Positions 23,097 to 31,718 of a DNA stretch of 32,000 nt are shown here, piece after piece (position 1 is the first letter of the stretch; every line of letters begins with the position of its first letter). The position numbers were made by a program, and so were the translations under genes. This DNA comes from Acaryochloris thomasi RCC1774. GTDB taxonomy: Bacteria > Cyanobacteriota > Cyanobacteriia > Thermosynechococcales > Thermosynechococcaceae. The stretch spans positions 30,001 to 62,000 of the forward strand of contig NZ_PQWO01000010.1 in the NCBI RefSeq assembly GCF_003231495.1, read 5' to 3'. The notes below the pieces were generated by a model that made no database searches, was not told the origin of the DNA, and saw only the letters and a program-made list of their open reading frames with translations.

Positions 23097-24296
23097 ATGG
23101 AAGTCCAAGACCTCTCCAACCTAGTTTTTCTAGGTTTATTCCTTGTGTTTGGAGGGCACGCCTACGAAATTGCTCGCTACCTACAGTTACCACGCGTGAC
23201 TTTGCTTGTGCTCACCGGCTTACTGGTCGGTCCCTCCGGGTTGGATATCATCCCCCTTTCCGTCATCAATATGTTCCCCACGATCGCCTACATTGCTTTG
23301 TCGATGGTGGCCTTCCGCTTAGGGGAAGCCTTTATTGACCTTGATCTTAAAGAAAAAGGTCTTGCGGTATTCAGTATCTCTTTGGGCAAGACCATTGCAG
23401 CCGCCAGCCTCGTCTTTGTAGGCGTGTTTCTGATCCAAAAAGATGTGGTTGTGGGTCTCTTGCTCGCAGCCCTAGCACCAGCTTCGGCTCCGGCAGCGAC
23501 CCTGGATGTTATTAGCGAGACCAAGGCTAAAGGTCCACTGACCCAAACCATTGTGAGTGTCTTGGCCGTTGACAATATTTTGAGCATTACCTTGTTTGCC
23601 TTGGTTCTGATCTTCACAGACTCACTGATGGACCAAGGCCAGTCATGGCAGGAGATTTTATTAGGAGGCTGGGAGATTTTCGGAGCCGTTATCTTGGGAT
23701 TTTCATTGGGCTGGCCCACCACCAAACTCGCTGAAGTCATTGATAAAGAAGAAGAACCAAGTCTACTGAAGATTCTGGGGGTGATTCTGCTCTGTGCGGG
23801 CTTAGCCTACCAGTTTCAGGTGTCCTATCTGCTAGCCTGCATTGTCCTAGGGATAACGGTGGCGAAGAGTAACCATCCTCCAATGCGCCAGGTCTTCTCG
23901 ACCGTCGAGACCATCGGGGAACCTTTTTTAGTCTTCTTCTTTTTATTAGCAGGATGCGAACTGCAGCTATCGGCGCTGACCACCCTAGGGTTAATCGGCA
24001 TTATTTACATGGTTGCCCGCTGTGCAGGGTTTGTGGTGGGAGGAACATTCGTCTCTCATTGGGTCAAAGCCGAACCTGTGATCCAGAAACATATTGGCTG
24101 GTGTCTATTCCCCCAAGCAGGTGTAGCTTTAGGGTTAGCGGTCATTGCCCTGGAGCATTTTCCCCAGATTGGACCGCTGTTACTCTCGGTGATTGTCAGC
24201 ACCACAGTGGTCTTTGAGCTGTTCGGTCCGACGGTAACTCGGTGGCATCTATTTCAGGCTAAAGAAGTAGTGGAGACACCAGAAATCGCAAAGTAG
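23097..24296 (+). CDS. Cation:proton antiporter (Na_H_Exchanger / CPA family)
   Basis: 399 aa with about 11-12 TM segments. The N-terminus FLGLFLVFGGHAYEIARYLQLPRVTLLVLTGLLVGPSGLDII is typical of CPA transporters. Confidence 0.8.
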   Translation: MEVQDLSNLVFLGLFLVFGGHAYEIARYLQLPRVTLLVLTGLLVGPSGLDIIPLSVINMFPTIAYIALSMVAFRLGEAFIDLDLKEKGLAVFSISLGKTIAAASLVFVGVFLIQKDVVVGLLLAALAPASAPAATLDVISETKAKGPLTQTIVSVLAVDNILSITLFALVLIFTDSLMDQGQSWQEILLGGWEIFGAVILGFSLGWPTTKLAEVIDKEEEPSLLKILGVILLCAGLAYQFQVSYLLACIVLGITVAKSNHPPMRQVFSTVETIGEPFLVFFFLLAGCELQLSALTTLGLIGIIYMVARCAGFVVGGTFVSHWVKAEPVIQKHIGWCLFPQAGVALGLAVIALEHFPQIGPLLLSVIVSTTVVFELFGPTVTRWHLFQAKEVVETPEIAK

Positions 24297-24348
24297 AGTC
24301 GTTCCCCAACCTGTGCGGTAGCAAGGCCGGACAGCCTTTCTGAAGGCT

Positions 24349-25269
24349 TTAACCTTCTGTCCCCTCAGCATTTGATGCGTTGCGCGTGGGAGTAGCGCCT
24401 GCAGACACAACCTTTGCTTTTAGATGACCGTCTTCATATTTTCCAATCCCGAGAAAACCCTCCGTTTCATGATGGACTTGCAGATATCCTGAATGGGTCT
24501 CGATGGGAAGCTTTTGACCCCAAACAAATCGCTGCGCCAAGTCTGCCGTTAAGGTTAGCGTAGGCAGGATCTGCAGCCCCACGTCCGGCGGAATGGGACG
24601 AAATTGTTGCTGTTCAAGCTGAGTCTCTAGTGCTGCAAACGTCAGACTATCAACCAGCGAGAACCCACCGCTGCGCGTTCGACTGAGCTGTGCGAGGGTC
24701 CCTCCGACCTGCAGCATCACCCCCAAGTCACGGGCAATAGAACGAATATAGGTTCCGGCTCCACAGGCAATTTCGACTTCAGCCTCCGGCCACTCCCCCA
24801 TCGGTCGCCAGTCCAGCAGCTTGAGGTCATAAACCTCTACCGAACGTGGTTTGACCGGCACCGGTTTACCCTGACGCGCCAGATCATAAAGCCGTTTGCC
24901 ATCCACTTGAATGGCACTATAGGCTGGTGGAATCTGCTGCAGCGGCCCTTGAAAATGCGTCAGCGCTGACTCCAGCATGGCTTGGGTGATATGACCGGCC
25001 TCTGTTGTTTCGATAACATCACCGGCTAAGTCATCGGTAGTGGTCGTCATCCCTAACCGGATCACGGCTCGATAGACCTTATCGCTGGGTAAATAAGTCA
25101 GCAGACGGGTAGCCCGTCCTAGGGCAATGGGCAGCACGCCGGTCGCCGACGGATCAAGCGTGCCACCGTGCCCCACCTTTTTCATGCTCAAAAGCCGCCG
25201 GACTTTACCGATACAGTCATGAGAGGTCATGCCCGCAGGCTTGTGTAAATTTAAGAAGCCAAACAGCAT
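24349..25269 (-). CDS. truB: tRNA pseudouridine(55) synthase
   Basis: 306 aa. GFLNLHKPAGMTSHDCIGKVRRLL..KVGHGGTLDPSATGVLPIALGRATR includes the catalytic Asp motif. Confidence 0.9.
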   Translation of the reverse strand: MLFGFLNLHKPAGMTSHDCIGKVRRLLSMKKVGHGGTLDPSATGVLPIALGRATRLLTYLPSDKVYRAVIRLGMTTTTDDLAGDVIETTEAGHITQAMLESALTHFQGPLQQIPPAYSAIQVDGKRLYDLARQGKPVPVKPRSVEVYDLKLLDWRPMGEWPEAEVEIACGAGTYIRSIARDLGVMLQVGGTLAQLSRTRSGGFSLVDSLTFAALETQLEQQQFRPIPPDVGLQILPTLTLTADLAQRFVWGQKLPIETHSGYLQVHHETEGFLGIGKYEDGHLKAKVVSAGATPTRNASNAEGTEG

Positions 25270-25292
25270 TTTTTATTTCCCCCTTCATGTTT

Positions 25293-26975
25293 CTATTCTT
25301 CCGCCGCTGCCTCTTCTAACATCAGATCTTGCGTGAGCGCCAAGGGCAGTGCAGGCTGGCTCAGGGTGGAGACGTATCCCGGCGTTAAGTATTCCAGATT
25401 TTGGGGTTGATTGGTGACAAAGGCATTCATGAAGGCCAAACTCAGTGTTTTGAGATCTTGACGCGCTTCATCAGGCGCGGGACCGCCGAGGGGCAGGTCT
25501 AAAATCTCTCCAATTGAGTTTTGATCGTCTGTAGCAGGCACTCCAATGGTAGAAAAATGATTTCCACCCACCATCATGAGCAAATACTTGTTGGGAGTGG
25601 TTAACCAGCTAAAGGGACGAATTTGTTCAGAGAGCGCAGGAGCTACGGTATCGGAGCTACCAGAGACAAGCATGACGGGAACTTCGATTTCGCCGTAGGC
25701 ATCAGACCCCAGGAGACTGCTGCCAATGGAGTTCACGGCAACGACGGCCTTAATTCTCGGATCTGCTAATTTATAGGGTTTGGGAATCAGCAGTCGAGCC
25801 TGACATTGAAACAGCAAAGACAGGTTAAGCGTGTTTCTGAGCTGGGCACAGTCTTCATAAAGCTGGTTGAAGGTCAGCGATGCACCGCCTAGGGCTAAGG
25901 CGGTATACCCCCCAAAGGATTGACCGAATACGCCCACTTGCTCCAAATTTAAGGGGCCGATGCTGGGATCGGTTTGCGATCGCATCTCCAGCACATCGAG
26001 CAAGAACGAAACATCTAGAGGCCGGTCAAGAAACTCCGTTGGCTTGATAATATTACGCGCACGCCCCTCCAGGAGCGCCTGTAGCTGAGCCGTATTACTG
26101 CCCGAATGCTCCGGCACAGCAACCACATAGCCATGGGAAGCAAGATGCTCTGCAAGGTAGGCATAGGTCTCTCGATTGGAATTGAAGCCGTGGGAAATGA
26201 CAATAACAGGTCGAGGCCCATCAGCCTTCGCCCTCGGAACATACAAATCTGCAAAGAACTTCCGAGTGCGTCCCGTATAGGTCTGTCTCTTGACGCTGTC
26301 ATCATTCAACTTTAGCGTTTGCTTCTGCCAAGCATAGGCCCCCTGAACCTGTAGCGTTTTGCCCCTCGCAATTAGATCCTCTTCAGGAACCACAGAGGGT
26401 TCAGCCTGAATGGCCTTGACCGCTAACTGAGTATCCTGGAGAACTTGCTGAGCCGACTCAAAGATCCCCAGAGCCGACCGTAGATCCACCTGAACCCCTT
26501 GGGTAGGAAAGTTGCGTATTGCCGAAAGCGCCGTCAGCCCTTCAGGATCCGCTGCCCCTAAAATCAACGCAGACCGGAGTGCCGTTAGACGACCCTGCCC
26601 CGACTTGGGACGCACCACCTGCCCTGCGCGCTGCAATAATCCCTCGCCCACAGGCGTATACAAAAACTGAGCCACAGACAATGGTGTCAGGTCAATCGGA
26701 GCAACCAAACCCGCTCTGAACTGCTCTAGCTGCTGATCGTCGAAAAAGCGAGTATAGGCTCCCAAACTCCCCTGGACTCGCCCCTCTTCGGCAAAGATCT
26801 CCAAGTCTCTCAGCGCAATCGAACGCTCGAAGAGAGAAAAAGAAATGTAGATGCGTTCAGCCGCCTGTGCCATCGGTGCCTGGCCACCCAGCACCGCCAG
26901 CCATAGACCACTTAGGCATCCTAGCCAGAATTTTTTGAACTGCGTCACTGATGGAACTCTCACGCTAAAGATCAA
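25293..26975 (-). CDS. Secreted DUF1400 + alpha/beta hydrolase protein (paralog 1)
   Basis: 560 aa. A signal-peptide-like sequence ..LWLAVLGGQAPMAQA precedes AERIY. The N-terminal block AERIYISFSLFERSIALRDLEIFAEEGR resembles DUF1400. The hydrolase core has VIVISHGF, the nucleophile elbow GQSFGG, then GSSDTV and GNHFS, a candidate Ser-Asp-His triad. The track start is TTG and is uncertain. Confidence 0.8.
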   Translation of the reverse strand: MIFSVRVPSVTQFKKFWLGCLSGLWLAVLGGQAPMAQAAERIYISFSLFERSIALRDLEIFAEEGRVQGSLGAYTRFFDDQQLEQFRAGLVAPIDLTPLSVAQFLYTPVGEGLLQRAGQVVRPKSGQGRLTALRSALILGAADPEGLTALSAIRNFPTQGVQVDLRSALGIFESAQQVLQDTQLAVKAIQAEPSVVPEEDLIARGKTLQVQGAYAWQKQTLKLNDDSVKRQTYTGRTRKFFADLYVPRAKADGPRPVIVISHGFNSNRETYAYLAEHLASHGYVVAVPEHSGSNTAQLQALLEGRARNIIKPTEFLDRPLDVSFLLDVLEMRSQTDPSIGPLNLEQVGVFGQSFGGYTALALGGASLTFNQLYEDCAQLRNTLNLSLLFQCQARLLIPKPYKLADPRIKAVVAVNSIGSSLLGSDAYGEIEVPVMLVSGSSDTVAPALSEQIRPFSWLTTPNKYLLMMVGGNHFSTIGVPATDDQNSIGEILDLPLGGPAPDEARQDLKTLSLAFMNAFVTNQPQNLEYLTPGYVSTLSQPALPLALTQDLMLEEAAAEE

Positions 26976-27025
26976 TCGACAAAGGTATAGAGCCTAAACA
27001 GGAAAGGACTTCAAGAACTCAAGCA

Positions 27026-28783
27026 TCATTGAGGCACGCGCGCTGTCTCTAAAACCGGCATTAAGTCCTGAGGCGAGAGCTGGCGAATCAGGCTCAGCGG
27101 CAAAGAAGACTGACTTAACTGCTGTACAGCCCCACTTGAGAGAGCTTCAGAAGGCTGTCCCTGCAAATGCGTCTGAAAAAATATCGTGCCTAAAGCCTTC
27201 AAATATTGACGAGCAACATTGGGCGTAGGCCCCACAAACTCGGGCGGAAGCGTCCAGAGCGTTTGAGCCGCCGGCCTCTCATCCTGAGTCGAAAAGTGAC
27301 TTGCCGACTCGATCAAAACCAAATATTTATGGGTCTGCGGCAACCAAGTGAAGGGCTGAATCTGCTCCTGCAGACTGGGCGTCACCGTATCCATACTTCC
27401 AGACACCATCATCACTGGAGCATTGATCTGTCCTAAGCCTTCAGAGCCGAAAATACTGCTGGTGATAGGACTGATAGCCAGCACAGCCTTGACCCGCGAA
27501 TCTCTTAGCGCATATTTTTTCAGCGGTACATCCAAAGCCTGACACTGAAGAATCTGGGAAATGTTCAGCGTCTCCTCAACTTGAGGACCACAGTCTTGGC
27601 GTAGTGTTGAGAAATTGAGGGTCCCACCGCCTAAAGCAAGCCCCGTGTAGCCACCAAATGAGTGCCCCACAACGCCTACCTGCTTAAGATTAAGACGTTT
27701 CCGAAGGCTGGCGGGTGAGCGTCGGGCCAACTGATCAAGCAAGAACGTCACGTCCAGGGGACGATCGATAAACTCCAGCGCCTGCGACATATCTCCAACC
27801 TCACCCGCTAACCATGCGCGGGTGTGCGCCGCCGAACTCCCTGGATGCTCGGGGACAGCCACGGCAAACCCATGGGAGGCTAAGTGTTGAGCCAAAGACG
27901 CATAGGCAAGCCGATCTGAGCTAAAACCATGGGAGATTACAATTACAGGGGCCGGATCCGATCGATCAGGCAGATAGAGATCGGCAGGGAACTGGCGAGC
28001 TTTGCCGGTCAACCGTAATCGTTTTGGGGTTCTGTCTTGAAGCCGTAACGTTTGCGTTTTCCAAGTGAAAGAACCGGGTTGCTGCAAAGCCTGCAGTTCC
28101 GCAACGCTTTGATCAGGACTAGCGGCACCTGCCGAGCGTTGCTGCACCAGCGCCACCGCCGCATTAGTCTGCTGCATCACCTGCCGCATCATTTGCAGAA
28201 GCGCTAGCCCTTCAGTTACATCTATCTGGATCCCTGCATCAGGGAAATTGCGCATCAAACTCAAAAGCGTTAACCCATCCGGATCAGCGGCCGCTGAGAC
28301 CAGCGCTGTCTTTAGAGCTTCTGGACTCGCACCACCAGACTTGGACTGTATGATTTTGCTGGCGCGTGCTAAAAGCACCTCACCCACGGGCGTTGACAGC
28401 AAACTGGGAATATTTTCGGGCGGAAGGTTTAGCTTTGTCTTAAGCGTCGCTCTGATCTGCTCAAGCTGTTTAGGTGATAGATATTCAGCAAAGGTTGCCA
28501 GATCACCACTCAGCCGTCCTTCCGTGGCATACATTTCCAGATCCGCGACCGGAACAGATAGCTCTAGAGCGGCGTATTGAACATAAATCTGCTCTGCTGC
28601 TGATGTCGGTGTAGCCATTGCCGCAAAGATCAGCATTCCTAGACTGCCAATCCATCTCCAAGACCGTGTAGCGTATCTCACTCTGCCTCTGCCTGAAACC
28701 GCAAAATTGTAGCCAACTATCAGTATGAATGTATTCTGGTCACTCTTCCCTATGACCCTCAGGACAGCACCCGTGTTCCTCAC
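27026..28783 (-). CDS. Secreted DUF1400 + alpha/beta hydrolase protein (paralog 2)
   Basis: 585 aa in the track. The blocks AEQIYVQYAALELSVPVADLEMYATEGR, VIVISHGF, GHSFGG, GSMDTV and ASHFS are collinear with paralog 1. The true start is probably the GTG at 28681 or the ATG at 28636, which would give a signal peptide ..GSLGMLIFAAMATPTSA before AEQ. Confidence 0.8.
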   Translation of the reverse strand: MRNTGAVLRVIGKSDQNTFILIVGYNFAVSGRGRVRYATRSWRWIGSLGMLIFAAMATPTSAAEQIYVQYAALELSVPVADLEMYATEGRLSGDLATFAEYLSPKQLEQIRATLKTKLNLPPENIPSLLSTPVGEVLLARASKIIQSKSGGASPEALKTALVSAAADPDGLTLLSLMRNFPDAGIQIDVTEGLALLQMMRQVMQQTNAAVALVQQRSAGAASPDQSVAELQALQQPGSFTWKTQTLRLQDRTPKRLRLTGKARQFPADLYLPDRSDPAPVIVISHGFSSDRLAYASLAQHLASHGFAVAVPEHPGSSAAHTRAWLAGEVGDMSQALEFIDRPLDVTFLLDQLARRSPASLRKRLNLKQVGVVGHSFGGYTGLALGGGTLNFSTLRQDCGPQVEETLNISQILQCQALDVPLKKYALRDSRVKAVLAISPITSSIFGSEGLGQINAPVMMVSGSMDTVTPSLQEQIQPFTWLPQTHKYLVLIESASHFSTQDERPAAQTLWTLPPEFVGPTPNVARQYLKALGTIFFQTHLQGQPSEALSSGAVQQLSQSSLPLSLIRQLSPQDLMPVLETARVPQ

Positions 28784-28881
28784 CTTGAGCCTCTCTACTT
28801 TGATGGTAGATTAAGGCTTAGATAGGGGTAAGTTTGTGCGCGGCATAGATGTAGTGGAGCCTGCCCCACCTCGGAGCTAGT

Positions 28882-30081
28882 ATGACTCAGGACCAACCGA
28901 CACCGCAAGACGCTGCCCAGGCTCCAAAAGCCCCGCAGCAGAAGGTCGAACCAGATGTAGTCCAGGCCCCAGAAGTGAAGGTCGAACAAGATCTAGCAGC
29001 CCAGCCTCCAGAATCCAGCGGGCAGAAGGCTGCTTCAGATCCAGTTCCAGATGCAGACGTCCAAGACAAACAAAAGCAAGCTGCGCAAAATGCAGACCCA
29101 GCTCGAGAAGCTCGTAGACAGAGAAGAGCTGCACAAAGCGTAGCGCCAGCCCCAGAGGCTCGCAAGGCCCGCAGGCCAAACGCTGCGGCCCCGCCACCAG
29201 AAGCCCGCCGACAGCGAAAAGCTGCGCCAGAAAATACAGAGACGCCTCAGGCATCAGAGGCACAGAAGCCTAAGCCGCCGAAATCCCCGGTGACAAAAGC
29301 GGTTCAGACAGTCACTCAAATCCTGACATCGGTATTCAACACCGTTAAAAAGCCCATCGTTGGCTCAAAAGCCTATACCAACAACAAGGCAAAATTTGAC
29401 TCGGGTTGGAAGCGCGTACAGCCCCTAGTCAAAGTCGTTCAGTGGCTTTGGAAAAAAATATTAAAGCCCTTCTGGACTAAGGTTGTTCAGCCACTATGGG
29501 GCAAGATTTTAGGGCTACTGCGCCCTCGACTACCAGGGCCATTCAAGACGCTCTCAGATCGAATTCTGACAGCGATTATTGTAGGACCGCTCGTTCTGAT
29601 TTGGTGGCTCATAAGTTCGTTAACGTCTGCGGCCCCTGTCGCTCAGTCGCCACCAGCTCAGCCCATTGTCAGTGCGCCTAAACCGGCTCCAGTTCCAGCG
29701 CCAAAACCTGTCTTAGAGGCACCTGCCGCACCTGCTATTGTTGAAGAACCCGTTGAACCGTTACCAGCAGAGCCGGAAGAACCACAGAAAGTGGTGCTAT
29801 CGGTGCAGCAGCAGGTGGCCCAGATTAGCGATCTCTACTCCACTGATTTGATTCCGCAGGTGCAGGCTGACTTTGAGGCGGATCGTCTCGTGGTGCAGGT
29901 CAGCGATCGCTGGTATAACCTCAGCAGTACAGAGCAAGATGAAATGGGGCTTGACGTTCTCCAACGGAGTGACGGTCTAGACTTCAAGACGCTAGAGTTT
30001 CGAGATCTTCAGGGGCAGCTTGTGGCCCGCAACCCCATCGTAGGTCCACATATTATTGTTCTGCAGCGCCATCAGACGTAA
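28882..30081 (+). CDS. Hypothetical low-complexity single-pass membrane protein. It has a Pro/Ala/Gln/Arg-rich N-terminus, a Trp/Lys amphipathic segment, one TM helix, a Pro/Ala linker, and a C-terminal domain of about 100 aa.
   Basis: 399 aa with an ATG start. The motif PEAR(R/K)xR(R/K) is repeated (AREARRQRRAA, PEARKARRP, PEARRQRKAA). The Trp/Lys segment is VQWLWKKILKPFWTKVVQPLWGKILGLL, the TM helix is ILTAIIVGPLVLIWWLISSL, and the linker is PKPAPVPAPKP. It is divergent from the hydrolase pair. Confidence 0.65.
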   Translation: MTQDQPTPQDAAQAPKAPQQKVEPDVVQAPEVKVEQDLAAQPPESSGQKAASDPVPDADVQDKQKQAAQNADPAREARRQRRAAQSVAPAPEARKARRPNAAAPPPEARRQRKAAPENTETPQASEAQKPKPPKSPVTKAVQTVTQILTSVFNTVKKPIVGSKAYTNNKAKFDSGWKRVQPLVKVVQWLWKKILKPFWTKVVQPLWGKILGLLRPRLPGPFKTLSDRILTAIIVGPLVLIWWLISSLTSAAPVAQSPPAQPIVSAPKPAPVPAPKPVLEAPAAPAIVEEPVEPLPAEPEEPQKVVLSVQQQVAQISDLYSTDLIPQVQADFEADRLVVQVSDRWYNLSSTEQDEMGLDVLQRSDGLDFKTLEFRDLQGQLVARNPIVGPHIIVLQRHQT

Positions 30082-30120
30082 TCGCAAAATGCTCCGGCAG
30101 AATTGGAGCATTTTGCGATT
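30080..30120 (+). terminator. Perfect 16-bp inverted repeat hairpin overlapping the stop codon of the preceding gene, a candidate terminator
   Basis: The arms aatcgcaaaatgctcc and ggagcattttgcgatt enclose the loop ggcagaatt. No T-tract follows (actcgttac). Confidence 0.55.
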
Positions 30121-30225
30121 ACTCGTTACTGTGGAGAGGTTATTCACTCCCATCTGCAACGTCAGCACAGATTGAGACGAGGGCCGGGGTGAACCATCAT
30201 TAATCGCCATGAGGATCCGAATCGC

Positions 30226-31707
30226 TTGCTGGACTCACCACAGGACCCCCCTATTCAGACCGCTGTTTCGATTCCCTCAGCATCTGTCAAAGAGGAATTT
30301 ACGGGGCTACAGCTTTGGAACATGAACGTGGGCTTCCTGGGCATTCAGTTTGGCTGGGGCCTTCAGATGGCCAATATGAGCGCCATTTTTGAGCATTTGG
30401 GAGCAACAGCCCATCAACTGCCCATTCTCTGGATTGCGGCTCCACTCACGGGCCTGTTCATTCAGCCCGTCATTGGTAATTTAAGTGACTTCACCTGGGG
30501 ACCGCTGGGGCGACGGCGGCCCTACCTGCTGGTGGGGGGGATTCTGGCGGCCCTTGCGCTTGCCCTCATGCCCCATTGCTCAACCTTATTGATGGCGGCG
30601 GCCCTGCTGTGGCTGCTGGATGCCAGCGCCAATATTAGTATGGTGCCCTATCGCGCCTTCGTCGGGGATTTGCTGCCAAAAAAGCAGCGCACTCAAGGGT
30701 TTGCTGTTCAAAGCCTGATGGTGGGAGCAGGAGCAGTGGTGGCGTCTGCTTTCCCTTGGATTCTCAGTCATGGCTTTGCCATTTCGAACATTGCCAGTGT
30801 CCAGCATCAGATTCCGCAGACGGTAGAACTGTCCTTTTATCTGGGCGCTGTTGTGTTTTTGAGCACGATTGTCTGGACTGTGATCACGACGCCGGAGTAT
30901 CCCCCCAAAAGTCTTGAGGCTCTGGAGCAGCGCCAAGAGGAGCGGGGCGGGCTCCGCAATAGTCTGCAAGAGAGCTGGAAGGCAATTCGAAGCATGCCTG
31001 CCACTATGCGCCAACTGGCCTGGGTCCAGTTCTTTACCTGGATGGGGATTTTCTGTTTCTTTATGTATTTCCCTCCGGCTGTGGCCCGCAATATTTTTGG
31101 AGCCACGAGTCAAGCCTCTCCTCTCTATAGCGCTGGAGTTGAATGGGCAGGTCTATGCTGTGCCGTTTTTAATGCGGTCTGTGTTGGGGTCTCATTTTTA
31201 CTGCCGTTGCTGGCCAAGCGCACCAGCCGCCAGATTACCCACAGTGTTTGTCTGCTCTGCGGCGCAGCGAGCTTACTGTCAATGGTCGTGATTCGAGATC
31301 AGTACGTCTTATTAATTGCCATGATCGGTTTTGGCATCGCTTGGGCCAGTGCTTTATCGATGCCCTATGCCATGCTCACGGGGGTTATTCCCGACAAACA
31401 ACGCGGTGTTTTTCAGGGAATCTTTAATATTTTTGTGGTGTTGCCTGAGATTGCCGTGGCTTTAGGGGCTGGGTGGGTCATGCAGTACCTTCTCCACGAG
31501 AATCGATTGATGGCAGTGGTGATGGGAGGTGTCTTTTTGCTAGTCGCAGCGGGTCTGACGCTTCTGGTTAAAATCAATCCGGTGACGACTCCTGCCGAAT
31601 TATCGCTAGACGTTGAGCAGCCTGAGAAAGATAAATCTCTGGTTGCTGACAACACAGATCAGCTTCCAGTTGAAGAGAAGCTTCCAGTTGAGAAAAGTCG
31701 TAGCTAG
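30226..31707 (+). CDS. MFS transporter of the GPH/SLC45 (sucrose/H+ symporter-like) type
   Basis: 493 aa with about 12 TM segments. The sequence GIQFGWGLQMANMSAIF..PVIGNLSDFTWGPLGRRRPYLLVGG contains the RRRP motif typical of sucrose-transporter-like MFS proteins. The track start is TTG. Confidence 0.75.
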   Translation: MLDSPQDPPIQTAVSIPSASVKEEFTGLQLWNMNVGFLGIQFGWGLQMANMSAIFEHLGATAHQLPILWIAAPLTGLFIQPVIGNLSDFTWGPLGRRRPYLLVGGILAALALALMPHCSTLLMAAALLWLLDASANISMVPYRAFVGDLLPKKQRTQGFAVQSLMVGAGAVVASAFPWILSHGFAISNIASVQHQIPQTVELSFYLGAVVFLSTIVWTVITTPEYPPKSLEALEQRQEERGGLRNSLQESWKAIRSMPATMRQLAWVQFFTWMGIFCFFMYFPPAVARNIFGATSQASPLYSAGVEWAGLCCAVFNAVCVGVSFLLPLLAKRTSRQITHSVCLLCGAASLLSMVVIRDQYVLLIAMIGFGIAWASALSMPYAMLTGVIPDKQRGVFQGIFNIFVVLPEIAVALGAGWVMQYLLHENRLMAVVMGGVFLLVAAGLTLLVKINPVTTPAELSLDVEQPEKDKSLVADNTDQLPVEEKLPVEKSRS

Positions 31708-31718
31708 GGTATTGGGCG

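Noticed and set aside
23288-23740. 150-aa minus-strand ORF
   Set aside because: It is antisense to the cation:proton antiporter gene. It has no motif and a low-complexity Ala/Arg/Ser composition.
24333-24348. Short hairpin agcctt-tctg-aaggct between the convergent antiporter and truB genes
   Set aside because: It has only a 6-bp stem and no flanking T-tract, which is too weak to call a bidirectional terminator.
28877-29263. Minus-strand ORFs 28877..29263 and 28887..29165
   Set aside because: They are antisense to the Pro/Ala-rich N-terminus of the + strand gene. GC-rich low-complexity DNA gives open frames on both strands. I prefer the + frame because it continues for 399 codons into a TM helix and a non-repetitive C-terminal domain.
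30586-31655. Minus- and plus-strand overlapping ORFs (30586..31113, 30837..31106, 30914..31291, 31413..31655)
   Set aside because: All lie inside the 12-TM MFS transporter gene in other frames, and none has motifs.
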